Origin: Octopus vulgaris
Lineage: Eukaryota
NCBI GenBank assembly: GCA_951406725.2
Contig: OX597820.1
Location: 22,072,001-22,136,000 of the forward strand
Length of the DNA stretch: 64,000 nt
Direction of reading: 5' to 3'
Under the pieces are notes generated by a model. That model ran no database searches. It was not told the origin of the DNA and saw only the letters and a list, made by a program, of their open reading frames with translations. Every line of letters starts with the position of its first letter. Position 1 is the first letter of the stretch. Of the stretch, positions 40,345-54,211 are shown piece after piece. A program made the position numbers and the translations under genes.

Positions 40345-40631
40345 TGTTTCCAGAGGTGAATTATTCAAACCCCAAAGAATTCCTCTCAACACATAGCTAT
40401 GATGCTCCCCCACTACTTCTGCTCATGATCAGAGATGCACATATCGTCAGCCACTAAGGGACATGGTCAACTGGTTACGGTCAAACAACTGACAAGCAAA
40501 TCTGTGGTATTGAGCAGAATATTTGCTGTAGTCCATCTTTTATACCAAGACAAAACAATATACATGATAACACTTCCAATCAGTTAAGATCAGAAGCCAT
40601 GAGAGCCGCTGCCTGGTACTGCATCAGGGCA
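40345..40631 (-). mobile_element. partial ~550-bp TAA-associated element
   Basis: Matches 13885-14171 and abuts (TTA)n. Confidence 0.8.
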
Positions 40632-40648
40632 TATAATTATTATTATTA

Positions 40649-40706
<58 letters not shown>

Positions 40707-40714
40707 CATCATCA

Positions 40715-40806
<92 letters not shown>

Positions 40807-41197
40807 ATTATTATTATTAATATTATTATTATTATTATTATTTGTGAAATAACTGCACCTTCCATTTTTTGTTGTTTTTGTACTGCTTAAAGGCACGTTT
40901 CTTTCCTGCCAAGCTTACTATTTAAACCATGTTTGTGTTCCCCCAGTCAACAGCCTTATCATTACTGGTACTTTAAACTCTTCGGTTGCATATTTGTGTG
41001 AATAAAATCATTTTCTTTAGAATAGAAAAAAGTCTATCTTTATTTCTTCTTTTGCTGGTGTCTCAAATTTAGGTTAAATCAGTGTTTCTCAAAGTGGAGG
41101 CCTATGGGACGGTCGGGCAAGTTGTTTTGAGAAAACTTGGTTTAAATGTTTGACAACGCAACTCAGCACCGTCCAGTGGACGAGGGGCATTTTGCTC

Positions 41198-41240
<43 letters not shown>

Positions 41241-41273
41241 ATATGTGTGTACATACATACATACATACATACA

Positions 41274-41304
<31 letters not shown>

Positions 41305-42068
41305 GTGTGTGTGTTACCTCATCATCGCTTGGCAACCGGTGTTGGTGTGTTTACGTCCCATTAACTTAATGGTATGGCAAAAAGAGGCCGATAGAGTAAG
41401 TACCTGGCTTTAAAAAAAAATAAGTCCTGGAGTCGATTTATTCGAGTAAAACACTTGGAGGCTATGCCCCAGCTTGGCCGTAATCAAATGAGTGAAACAA
41501 GTAAAAAAATAAGAGATACTACATTTTACTAAGTTATGGAATCGATACAATATCTTAACGTTATCAGCGAACGGGATCAAAACCGGGACGCGTATGTTTA
41601 AATTAGCCCTAATGCCCGCCAGCAGTAAAATCAATTTCATAGCTTGTTACACCGAGCTTGAGTTTCGTACGAAAGAAGCGTCTACATTTTTCCCAAGTAC
41701 CTAAATCAACGCAAATGAAGCGACTCCAGCCGTGAAGGGCAATCCCTGGGAACTGTCGTTGCATTAACTTAACAACAGGAAAGATATATTGAAAAAATAT
41801 ATATATAGTAAAAGTGATTAATGTAGTCTGCTTTATAAACCTTGTTAATTTCAAGCTATGAGATGAATGAGAGAAATGTTTCCCACCAATGATTCCAAAT
41901 AAATCTATCTTATTGTATTGTATAATGTGTAGTCTGTATGTTTGGTTGTGACACCAACCTTTCCACGACTGACGTCTTACTCCAGTTAGATGTTTACACT
42001 AAAGGGTTGTTATTGTTGTTTATTGTCGTTGTTATCATCGCCGTCGTTGTCATCGTTGTTGATGCTGT

Positions 42069-42825
42069 TTGACCCCAGGCAAATCCTTATTGAACAAGTC
42101 TATTTTCAAAGACAATCCAACGATGACCATCTTGACTTTCCAAATATAGTTTATCACATTGTTGTTGATGTTGCTTAACCTCAAGTGAGCCCTTATTGTA
42201 CTGGTCTATTCTCAAAGACAATCCAGTGATGACCATCCTGACTTTCCAAATATAGTTTATCACCTTATTGTTTGTTGTCGTTGTTGCTTAACCCCAGGCG
42301 AGCTCTTATTCAACAGGTCTATTTTCAAAGACAATCCAGCGATGACCATCCTGATTTTCCAGATATAGTTTATCACATTGTTTGTTGTTGCTGCTTAACC
42401 CCAGGCGAGCGATAATTGAACAGGACTATTTTCAAAGACAATCCAGCGATGACCATCCTGACTTTCCAGATATAGTTTATCACCTTGTTTCTTGTTGATT
42501 AACCCCAGGCGAGCCCTTATTGTGCGGGTCTATTTTCAAAGACAATCTAGCGATGACCATCCTGACTTTCCAAATATAGTTTATCACCTTGTTTCTTGTT
42601 GATTAACCCCAGGCGAGCCCTTATTGTACGGGTCTATTTTCAAAGACAATCTAGCGATGACCATCCTGACTTTCTAGATATAGTTTCTCACTTATTCTAC
42701 CCGGTTGAATACTGTACCAAAGGATTGTTCTTGCCGTTGTTGTCTAACCATAGGCGAGCCCTTATTGAACAAGCCTATTTTCAAAGACGTTCCAGCCATG
42801 ACCATTTCAACTTTCCAACATGATA
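42069..42825. repeat. ~105-bp tandem repeat, 7 units
   Basis: Units TTAACCCCAGGCGAG..TATTTTCAAAGACAATC..GATGACCATCCTGACTTTC start near 42069, 42176, 42288, 42395, 42499, 42603 and 42744. Confidence 0.9.
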
Positions 42826-43241
42826 TATTACCCAATTAAGTGTTTAAGTACTTGCTTGTTGTTGATGTTGTTGTTGTTGTTGTTGCTTATTAACCCTAGT
42901 CAATCTGTTACTAAACAAAGATGTTCTCGCTGTGACTATTCTAAATATAAATGCTTTGTCCCCGGAGGTGGTAGCAAACACAAAAGGCTGCCTCGGGCAG
43001 TACACATTCCAACCATGCCACTCTATTGTATAGAGCATTTTGTGAACAATAGCATCGTCGGTTTCAGACAATCACAAGTTCACTGCATTTATAGCGGCGA
43101 AAGTAACAAACGAACGTCTGTGAAACTTGGGCCGAGAAAATACAAACGGAGACTTTGATCGAAAGCACTTTCTCCATGTTGTAAATTGGTGCGTGCATCG
43201 GGATACACTTTGATTTGCAGCTTGAGAATATATCTTTTTTT

Positions 43242-43330
<89 letters not shown>

Positions 43331-43552
43331 TGCGTGTTTTGCTGTGTATGTGCTTGCCTGCTCCTGTGTATCAGTGAAAGATGTAAAGATCGCGAAAAAA
43401 AAAACAAAAGAACAAACAAACCGAAAAGCGATGCTCGTCGAACGAAGTTCCTTGTGACATTTGTTCTGCATCGAGTTAAAGACACACCTTTATCATATAC
43501 TTCCATGAAACTGTAGGTAACCAGGGATAGCCCACTGAAAACATTCGTAAGA

Positions 43553-44708
43553 AGGCGGTGAACTGGCAGAATTGTTAGCACGCCGGGCGAAATGCTTAGC
43601 GGTATTTCGTCTGCCGCTACGTTCTGAGTTCAAATTCCGCCGAGGTCGACTTTGCCTTTCATCCTTTCGGGGGCGGTAAATTAAGTGCCAATTACGCACT
43701 GGGGTCGATATAATCGACTTAATCCGTTCGTCTGTCCTTGTTTGTCCTCTCTGTGTTTAGACCCTTGTGGGTAGTAAAGAAACAGGTATTTCGTCTGCCG
43801 TTACATTCTGAGTTCAAATTCCGCCGAGGTCGACTTTGCCTTTCATCCTTTCGGGGTCGATAAATTAAGTACCAATTACGCACTGGGGTCTATATAATCG
43901 ACTTAATCTGTTTGTTTGTCCTTGTTTGTCCCCTCTGTGTTTAGCCCCTTATGGGTAGTAAAGAAACAGGTATTTCGTCTGCCGTTACGTTCTGAGTTCA
44001 AATTCCGCCGAGGTCGACTTTGCCTTTCATCCTTTCGGGGTCGATAAATTAAGTACCAGTTACGCACTGGCGTCGATGTAATCGACTTAATCCGTTTGTT
44101 TGTCCTTGTTTGTCCCCTCTGTGTTTAGCCCCTTATGGGTAGTAAAGAAACAGGTATTTCGTCTGCCGTTACGTTCTGAGTTCAAATTCCGCCGAGGTCG
44201 ACTTTGCCTTTCATCCTTTCGGGGTCGATAAATTAAGTACCAGTTTACGCACTGGGGTCTATGTAATCGACTTAATCTGTTTGTCTGTCCTTGTTTGTCC
44301 CCTCTGTGTTTAGCCCCTTATGGGTAGTAAAGAAACAGGTATTTCGTCTGCCGTTACGTTCTGAGTTCAAATTCCGCCGAGGTCGACTTTGCCTTTCATC
44401 CTTTCGGGGTCGATAAATTAAGTACCAGTTACGCACTGGCGTCGATGTAATCGACTTAATCCGTTTGTTTGTCCTTGTTTGTCCCCTCTGTGTTTAGCCC
44501 CTTATGGGTAGTAAAGAAACAGGTATTTCGTCTGCCGTTACGTTCTGAGTTCAAATTCCGCCGAGGTCGACTTTGCCTTTCATCCTTTCGGGGTCGATAA
44601 ATTAAGTACCAGTTTACGCACTGGCGTCGATGTAATCGACTTAATCCGTTTGTCTGTCCTTGTTTGTCCCCTCTATGTTTAGCCCCTTGTGGGCCATAAA
44701 GAAATAAG
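43553..44708 (+). mobile_element. SINE family A: one head followed by six 184-bp units
   Basis: GGTATTTCGTCTGCCG recurs at 43601, 43785, 43969, 44153, 44338 and 44522. Confidence 0.92.
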
Positions 44709-45507
44709 AATGCAGACTTCTTCAACGATAACATTTTATATTGAAGAAAATAATTTCTGAATGTATAAAGGCACCACTGGCCATTATTTTGAATAACAAA
44801 AGTCAAACCACAGAGATTATTATATAATGAGAATCTATCCAATGCAACGTAGACGTGAGAGAAGTTGCTGACCTTGACATGCACAGGAACATGAACGAGG
44901 TTATGCAGTGTTGAATGCAGAGTATCTTACAGTTGTGGATTAGCTTTACTGAAACTGGAGATGTCGAACAAGCAAAACGATCTCATTGCTAATGTTCACT
45001 ATCTACTGTAATAATTTAAACTGTATTGATCGTTAAATCAACCCGGCACTAACATTCACCATCCGTTATATAGAATAACCAAAATAAGTACAACGTAGTT
45101 AAATTTGCTGTTTTATCTTATAATAGATCTTATCTCTATTCTCTTATTGTAGTTTTAACCAACTTGCAGTCCCACTACAGACTTGTTGTGCACTTAATAG
45201 TTGCATAGCAAGCAACAGGTGAACAATGCATACCTGATTATTACTAAGGCAAATAATTTGCAAACATGTTTTATGTATGTCTGTGTGCAATTATGTATGT
45301 TTGTATGTATATGTAAACATACGTAGCAGTCACAGCAACACGTCTGTTTTTTGGCATTTCTTTTTTACCTATTTCTCTGTAGATTGAAGAAAATAATGAA
45401 CGACCTTCAACCTAATTGATTTTCTGCCCTTGTTGCTGTTTCATCAGAGATGTCAAAAATACTTGACCAATCCCAGAGAATCAGTGAGCCATTCCGTTTA
45501 TATAAAC

Positions 45508-45719
45508 TCGAGGCGGTGCTGAAAAGTTCTTGGCTTTGCCTAAAAGAAAATACAGGAGGATCAATTAATTATGATTTTATTCAACATATTCCGCTCTCAG
45601 ATTCACACACTTATTGCAGCAGTACTTCAGTTTTTCTAAGACCTATAAGAGAATTCAGAAGGTTGAGCAGGCATTTCACCATATCCTTAAAGCAAGGAAC
45701 TTTTTAACCCTCCCTCATA
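45508..45719. mobile_element. mariner-type MITE
   Basis: Imperfect TIRs CGAGGCGGTGCTGAAAAGTTCTTGGCTT / AAGCAAGGAACTTTTTAACCCTCCCTCA. Confidence 0.6.
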
Positions 45720-46028
45720 AAAAACCTAGAAGTTACAGAAAACTAGTGCAAGTAATATGCATTCCATTAGCACTTAACACTTTAATTAATATCAACAGCC
45801 TGTCAACAGGAAACCCAGTCTATATAGTATCAAGGAAACGCCTCCCTATTCAAGGGCCGAGTTATTGAATTTATTGTCTTCATTCCTCATCAATGGGGTG
45901 TTATCTTCTGGGTTTCATCTCTCCTATTTCTTTCCCTCTTTTCTTCTTTCATTGATTTATTTTTTTAATTTTATTTTCTGTTAATATTGGTAAGAAGCTT
46001 GCTTCCCAACCACACGGTTGTATACACA

Positions 46029-46907
<879 letters not shown>

Positions 46908-47335
46908 GCTATGTGTGTGTGTCTTTGTATCTGTGTTTGCCCCCTCCCCATCACTGCTTGACAATCGGTGTTGGTGTGTTTACGTCCTCGTAACTTAGCA
47001 TTTCGGCACAAGTGACGAATAGAATAAGTACTAGGCATAAAAAGATAAGTCCTGGAGTCGATTTGTTCGACTAAGACCCTTCAAGGCGGTGCTCCAGCAT
47101 GGCCGCACTCAAATGACTGAAACAAGTAAAAGAATAAAATAACATACATACATACACATATTCGTGAACACGTGCGCGCACACACATACACACACACTTA
47201 TACATATATGTATAGAGTGTTAAACACTTTCGGTATGCAAATTAGGGAGCCCTTCATAGAGTAACTGCTGCATTTATTGAGTATATAAACAGTTTGGCTG
47301 CTTGTTTCTCTGGAGACTGTAAGAATGTAGTAGAC

Positions 47336-47377
47336 GCTTCTTATGAGAACCCGATAAGGTTCAAAAATCGATAAAGG
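47336..47377 (+). ncRNA. degenerate hammerhead motif
   Basis: CTT-CTTATGA-GAACC cgataa GGTTC-A-AAAA-TCGA-TA-AAG, with two core substitutions. Confidence 0.4.
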
Positions 47378-47444
47378 TTGTTCATCATTTTTTCAGTCTG
47401 CGGAGAAATCGCTAAAATGTCCCCTGTTTAAAATATGTTATATA

Positions 47445-47837
47445 TACTCTTTTACTTGTTTCAGTCATTTGACTGCGGCCATGCTGGAGCTCCGCCTTTA
47501 GTCGAACAAATCGACCCCAAGACTTATTCTTTGTAAGCCCAGTATTTATTCTATCGGTTCTCTTTTGCCGAACCGCTAAGTTACGGGGACGTAAACATAC
47601 AAGCATTGGTTGTCAAGCGATTTGTGGGGGACAAACACAGACACAAAAACATATACAAACACATACATATATACGACGGGCCTCTTTCAGTTTCCGTCTA
47701 CCAAATCCACTCACAAGGCTTTGGTCGGTCCGAGTCTATAGTAGAAGACACTTGCCCAAGGTGCCACGCAGTGGGACTGAACCCGGAACCATGTGGTTGG
47801 TAAACAAGCTACTTACGACACAGCCACTCCTGCGCCT
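47445..47837 (-). mobile_element. SINE family B
   Basis: Full-length match. Confidence 0.85.
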
Positions 47838-48568
47838 AAGGCGAGCTGACAGATTCGTCCCATTGACCAGATCACCTAGAATACTTAGCGACGTGCGCCA
47901 GTTTTATTTATCTTTGTTGCAACATATGTAAATGCACCAGTGTATATGTGTGCGTTCATGTATATACGTTTGCATGTGTGTACGTATGCGTATACTTTTG
48001 TATCTGGGCTTTCACCATTTGGCAACCGGTGTTGGTTTGTTTATGTCTCCGTAAGCTAGCGGTCCGGTAGGAAAAAGTTGATTGAATACCTCACTTAAAA
48101 TGAAGGATCTTTTTCGGTTTTGATTCTATTGAATATTTCTAAACAAATATAATTTTACAAGCCTATTACGAAAATCACATTTTTTCAAGAAATTAACAAT
48201 AGCAACAATAATGATTATGATGGCTTCAAATTTTTGCCACAATGGCAGCTTGAGGGGGGGGGGGGTAATTCGATTACTCAGAACGTAGCAACGTGCGAAA
48301 TGCCGCCAAGCATTTCGTCCAGCGTGCGAACGATTCTGCCAGCTCACCGCCTTTAATGGTTGCAAATTTTGCCACAAGCGCAGCAGTTTTGGGAAAGAGG
48401 ATGAATCCATTACATCGACCTCAATGTTCAACTAGTACTTACTTTATCGACCTGAAAGGATGAAAGACAAAGTCGACCTCCGCGGAATTTGAACTCAGAA
48501 CGTAGCGATAATTGAAATACCGCTAGGCATTTTGTCCAGCGTGCTGACGATTCTGCCAGCTCGCTGCC

Positions 48569-48613
<45 letters not shown>

Positions 48614-48790
48614 TCCCCCCGATGCAGTACCAGGCAGTGGCTCTCATGGCTTCTGATCTTAACTGATTGGAAGTGTCATCATGTACATTGTTTTGTCTTG
48701 GTATAAAAGATGGGCTACAGCAAATATTCTGCTCAATACCACAGATTTGCTTGTCAGTTATTTGACCATAACCAGTTGAGCATGTCCCTT

Positions 48791-49300
48791 TATACGTATA
48801 CTCGGCCGGTAGTGGTAAATATGGTAAAGGATGACTCGTCCGAGAAAATAACATTTTTCCACTGCTCTAGGGACCACTCTTGTAGATTTTTACTCCACTT
48901 CAAATGCTTTGCAACGTTTGTTTTTGAAAGTAGCGGTTTTTCTGATTACAGCCCTCCCGTGAAATCCGGCTTTGTTAGGCTCCCGGCCTTACAGTTTTTG
49001 TGGAAACTCGAGGTTCTCGAGGTGGTCATCAAGCTCTGCAGTAATTTTGGGAGCTGTACTTTTGTGATCCTTTTTAACAATTCGCGTAAGAGTCCGACGG
49101 TCCCTATCTGAAAGTTTTGTTTTATTCCGGAGTTTTGTTTCGACGAGGAGGTTTTTCCCTCTTTCTCAAAGGTTGTCATTACTATCGAAATAGTACTTCT
49201 TGATACACCAAAAATTTCGGCTGTTTTCGTTATGCTAGCGCCTGCCATACGAGCACTAACAATTTGACCCCTTTGAAAGTCCGATAGGTCTGTCCTTTTG
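48791..49300 (-). pseudogene. Tc1-like transposase, N-terminal half
   Basis: TDLSDFQRGQIV..MAGASITKTAEIFGVSRSTIS..LSDRDRR..WKNVIFSDESSF..GRVYV. Confidence 0.85.
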
Positions 49301-49434
49301 ATGAATTTTAATTACCCTTTCCTGGTGATTTCTGGAAAGAAGCAGCAATTTTAACTAAACATATTAAGAAACATTAATAATAAATTAAAAAAACATACAA
49401 ATAAACAAGCTTTTGACAGTTTTATAGATATTAA

Positions 49435-50820
49435 ACTAAACTGTACTAAACTGGATTTTATGCCTATTTCCTCTATCCATCTGTTCAGATCTTTAGGGAT
49501 AGTTCCCAATGCACCTATAGCTACTGAGCTACATTTTGCCGCATTTTCCATAGTTTCTGTAATTCAATAGCTAGGTCCTGGTACTTTGTTATTTTTCCTA
49601 AACTATTCATATTAATTTTTTCATCATTTGGAATTGTAAAGTCAGTTATCTGGCACTTTCTATTCTCTTTATCTACTACAACCAAATCAAGCCTTCTAGC
49701 TTCTATTACTCTATCAGTATGAATGTTAAAGTCCCACAACATCATGTATTTCTTACTTTCTAGTACTTTACTACCATGCAACGCCTTCTTCTACCAGTCA
49801 GATAATTTCTGTTCTTTTTCCTGGTTTTTAACTACATTTGGGCTTTTCGTTTCCCTATGACTTGCTCTGACTCCAGCAGCTTTTAATAAACTTTCCTCAC
49901 TATCATCTGCATAGGGGTCTATATCTACTCTAGCTAATTCCACGCTGTCTTCTCCTGATACTTACCCTCTTCTGCTTTCTTTTCTAGGTAGATATAATCT
50001 TGCTACTCTTACCTTTGGGTGGAGTCCTCCATTCATATATATATTCTTATATACTTGCTTATATACATTCATATATAAGCAAGTGATTGGTCTATAGTAG
50101 CTAGCTCTTCTTTTTCATAATGAGTATTGTTCTCCCTGGTATTATTCCTCCATTAAGACAATCCTGAAGTTGTTCCCTCAGCCTCCCATGTAAACTACTG
50201 AATTTCTTCAGCTAGTACTCTAGAACTATATCTGGTCTTGGGCCCTTCCAATTCGGCATTTTTCCTAACACTTTACTCATCAATGCACTAGTTAATCTTA
50301 GATCTGGCTGCTTCTCACTCACTACTTCTTCCCTCACTTTCGTTAACCATACTGTATTTCCATCATGATTGACTGGCTTATCCCAAATATTACTCCAGAA
50401 CTTTCTAGCTTCTTCTACATTAGGTTTCTCATCTTCAATATTTCTTTCACTGTTTATTTGGTTATAAAAACTCCTCTGGTCTGTCTCAAATAATCTGTTC
50501 TGTTGATACTGGTCTATTCTTTTCTGATATCTGGAGAGCTTGCCTGCTACTGCTATGATACTCAGTTTCAACTCTTCTATTACTGTCCCAAATCCTTTCT
50601 CTTTGACTAAGTGTCTTTTCTCGAGGGAAAACTTGCATCTTGTGTTTCATAACTCGTTTGTTTTCCAGGCTTCTGTTCTACTTAGATCTTGTCTTAAAGT
50701 CTTCACTTTATTTTGTAGTTTCCTTTTCCACATTTGCTCCTTTTTTTTAGTCTTTCCCGGTGAGATATCTAATCTTCTAGTGGCTATTACCCCTCCTTCG
50801 TGCATAGATCAGTAAGTTAG
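49435..50820 (-). pseudogene. degraded R4/Dong-type non-LTR retrotransposon
   Basis: RYQKRIDQYQQNRLFETDQRSFY..FWSNIW..NWKGPRPD; LWDFNIHTDRVIEARRLDLVVVDK..KYQDLAIELQKLW; IGALGTIPK. Confidence 0.85.
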
Positions 50821-50989
50821 CGATTCCTATATTTTTAGTATCTATCCTACTGATAACAGAATCTACTTTCCTAGATGTTTTGAAATTTCCATTTCTTTTT
50901 ATAGGTTTTACTGTGTTTACAGTTTTCGAAATTGTGCAGTTTGCATATATTGGCTGGTGCTTGTCTCCGTAATTTTTATCGTGCGTTTA

Positions 50990-51420
50990 ATTTGTTTACA
51001 CATTCAAATAGTCAGGGAGAAAAGAAGGGTAAAATTTTCCTAGAAAATTGTAGGTATTAAATTTTAAAATTTTCTCAAGACGAACGTTTGTATGTCCGGC
51101 CAGAGAAAACTGTAGTGTTTTTGCAATAAAGAGGATGTTTACATTCTCGAATATTCAGGAAGAAAAGGGAAGAAAAAAGAGTAAAATTTTCACAGAAAAT
51201 TGTAGATATTAAAGTTTATAATTTCCTAAAGATGATCGTTTGTATGCCCAAACAGACAAAACTGTAATGTTCTTACAATAAAAAGTATGTTTACGTTTTC
51301 GAATGTTCGGGGAGAAAGGAAAGGTATTCATAGAAATTGTAAATATTAAAGATTTTTTAAAGTTTTTAAAGACGATCATTTGTATGTTCGTCCAGAGAAA
51401 ATTGTAGATATGTAAGTTTC
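50990..51420. repeat. diverged ~145-150-bp tandem repeat, about 3 units
   Basis: Recurring TGTTTACA..GGAGAAA..AGAAAATTGTAG.TATTAAA..AAGA.GA.CGTTTGTATG. Confidence 0.65.
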
Positions 51421-52237
51421 TAGACTTATTTTTGAGGGAAATTTAAAATATTCACAGGAGATTGTAGATGTTCTAGTTTTCGAAAGTTATTTTTCAGTTC
51501 TTCTGCTGGGTTGTGTTAGTGTTTCTGTATCTTTGACTGCTGACTGGTTAGAGCTGCGAAGAACACGTCCAGTCGCGGTCTTACAGGAGGGACCTATAAG
51601 GATTCCCATATGGTGTATGCAGCGGAATGCATCAAACACAAAATGATTTATGTTGATTGCACAATAGAACGATAACAAAAAAGATTTAACGTACATAGCT
51701 ACGACCTCAGGCAAAATAACACTGGTTCCACGGAATTTACGGAGCATTTCACATCCAAATTTGAGGAAGGCCTGAAGGTGCACATTTTCAAAAAAATACC
51801 CTTACTCCACTACACTTTCAGTCTTCAAAACTCATGACAATAGATATATTTGTGAGCTGTTGACATCTCAGCCTGAAGGAATTAATAAAATGGTAGGTGA
51901 ATTCCACCATATTTACACTAAACTTTTTGACTGAATAATTTTTTTTTCCATAATTCTTTTCTTTCTTTTTTTTTTTTTTTTTCTTTCTGTCCTTCTGCTA
52001 CCTTTTGTGAAATACTGATGACGTCGTTTTACTTGGAAAGAAAAGCAGTTGTTCCGGTTTAATTTTGAATGTTTCAGCGTTTCCTATCTTTGAATTTAAT
52101 TTCAATTTATATTTTGAATTTGTAAAAGACACACGATGTGTCGAAATATTGTTCATTCGTTTCATTTTCATTTTGATAAACAGAGTTAATCTCTATTTAT
52201 TACCAATAACAGTCGCGCTCTTCTTATTGTTTTTTTT

Positions 52238-52590
52238 TATTACCTCCACCTTAGCGAAGGCAGAGGTATTGTTTCCAGTCGTGTTTGTTTGCTTGTTTGG
52301 CCGTGGGCAAGATATCTCAAGAACCGCTAGATGGATTCGGATGAAACTTTCAGGGATGTTTGGCCTCGTGACTGGCACGAACTGATTAGATTTTGGGGCC
52401 GATCCGGTACCAGACAAGGGTTCTGGATTATTTTATGCTATATTTACTTTACTTTAAATGATTACAATCCAACGTTAACTTTCAAGTCTTTCTCGGTTAT
52501 CTCCCTTTAGGCTGTAACTATTTTCTACTTCCACCTTTACATTTCATGACTACCACTGGGATCGATCAGGTACAGGACAAGGATTCTGGA
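52238..52590 (+). mobile_element. Helentron-associated (HINE/DINE-1-like) non-autonomous element
   Basis: TTATTACCTCC..GAGGTATTG inverted motif, TGTT repeats, AGATATCTCAAGAACC..GGATT..ATGAAACTT core. Family assignment is from recalled pattern. Confidence 0.5.
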
Positions 52591-52591
52591 T

Positions 52592-53113
52592 AATTTAACC
52601 CAAACTGACTTCTTCCAGCTGTTAAACATGGAGGATCTGTGATGGTCTGGAGGGCTATATCTTGAAAATCCGCCCGCGTAATGGTTTCCCTTCATGGCAG
52701 AATTAATAGTAAAGACTATTTAAGCATTTTAACTGATCAAATTCATGTTATGGTTGCGGAACTGTTTCCGGTGGGAAACGCAATCTTTCAGGATGATAAT
52801 GCACCAATTCACACAGCTAAAGTTGTTACTGAATGGCACGAGGAACATTCTAGTGAAGTTGGACATCTTATCTGGCCACCACAGTCCCCAGTTCTCAATA
52901 TTATTGAACATTTATGGTGCATTTTAGAAAAAAAAATAGAGTTGATATCCTCCACCATCATCACTACAAGAACTGAAGACTATTTTAGCTTTGGAAACAA
53001 TTAAAACTTTGTACGAGTCCATACGTCGTAGAATTACAGCCAAAGGCGATCCTACCCCATATTAAAATAAATTTGTTTGAAATTTTAAGGTGTTTCCATT
53101 ATTTTGTCCAACA

Positions 53114-53119
<6 letters not shown>
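52592..53119 (+). pseudogene. Tc1-like transposase, C-terminal half plus terminal inverted repeat
   Basis: VKHGGSVMVW..IFQDDNAPIH..WPPQSPVLNIIEHLW; terminus TTTCCATTATTTTGTCCAACATCTG. Confidence 0.85.
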
Positions 53120-53158
<39 letters not shown>

Positions 53159-53520
53159 TTCTTCTTACTTTCTTCTTATTCTCTCTTTTTTCTCTTCTTT
53201 TTCTCTTTCTTCACTCCTCTCTTCCTGTTTTCAATTTGACTCTACTAATACACTCCCTATTTTTAGGTCACTTTAAATAAAACCCTTGATTCAATAACAC
53301 TGGGTATAAACTCTATACTTAGAATGACCAATTTTAAATACTATTGAATTTTGCTCATAAGGTATTAGAATCTTATATGTATACCATTCTCCCTTAAAAA
53401 ATGGATCTACAAATGTAATATCCCTACATATCTCACATCTATTTTCTTTTCTTTCCTCCATCTCACTCTCTATTTTATATCTTATCTAAATTAACTATTT
53501 CTTAACCGCCCTCTCACACC

Positions 53521-53568
53521 GTCTCCGATCAAGGGATATAATAAATATCCTGGAAACAGCTGTAAGAC
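53521..53568 (+). ncRNA. degenerate hammerhead motif in a (TA)n-flanked segment (53153-53632)
   Basis: GTCT-CCGATCA-A-GGGATAT aataa ATATCCT-G-GAAAC-AGCT-GTA-AGAC. All stems are intact and the core has two substitutions. Confidence 0.6.
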
Positions 53569-53679
53569 CTTCTATATATAAATGTTCTAAAATCTACTCA
53601 GCCTTGGTTTTTTTTTTATCTCGTTACGAAATATATATATATACATACATATTCAATATATATATATTTATACAATAGA

Positions 53680-53822
53680 CTCAGGAGTGGCTCTGTCGGA
53701 ACAAGATCCGGATTTAGTTCCACTGTGTGAGACCTTGACCAAATTTATTTTACTGTAGCCTGCGGCCAACCAGAGCCCGTCGTATATATATGTGTGTGTG
53801 TGTGTGTGTGTATGTGTGTGTG

Positions 53823-53916
<94 letters not shown>

Positions 53917-54095
53917 CATATATACACCATCGCTTGACAACCATTGTTGGTGTATTAACTTAGCGGTTTGGCTAAAGACCCGATAGAGTAAGTACTAGAT
54001 TTACAAAGTTCTGGGGTTGATTTGTTCAACTAAAAGCGTTGCTCCAGCATGGCCGCAGTGAAATGACTGAAACAAATAAAACAATAAAAGAATAA
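53680..54095 (+). mobile_element. SINE family B, diverged
   Basis: Head, internal microsatellite and tail. Confidence 0.75.
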
Positions 54096-54131
54096 AAGAA
54101 AATAGATAGACAGACAGACAGATAGACAAAC

Positions 54132-54211
<80 letters not shown>

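Noticed and set aside
42069-42825. CRISPR-like appearance of the repeat with variable linkers
   Set aside because: Units of ~90 bp have short low-complexity linkers, the context is eukaryotic and there are no cas genes.
43553-44708. Retrozyme (hammerhead-bearing tandem repeat) interpretation of the 184-bp array
   Set aside because: No CTGANGA core was found in the unit on either strand.
51520-51615. Possible HDV-like ribozyme 5' of the R4 element
   Set aside because: One hairpin is present but consistent P1 and P2 pairings could not be built.
52015-52050. CTGATGA occurrences here and at ~62451
   Set aside because: No flanking stems I/II or properly placed GAAA.
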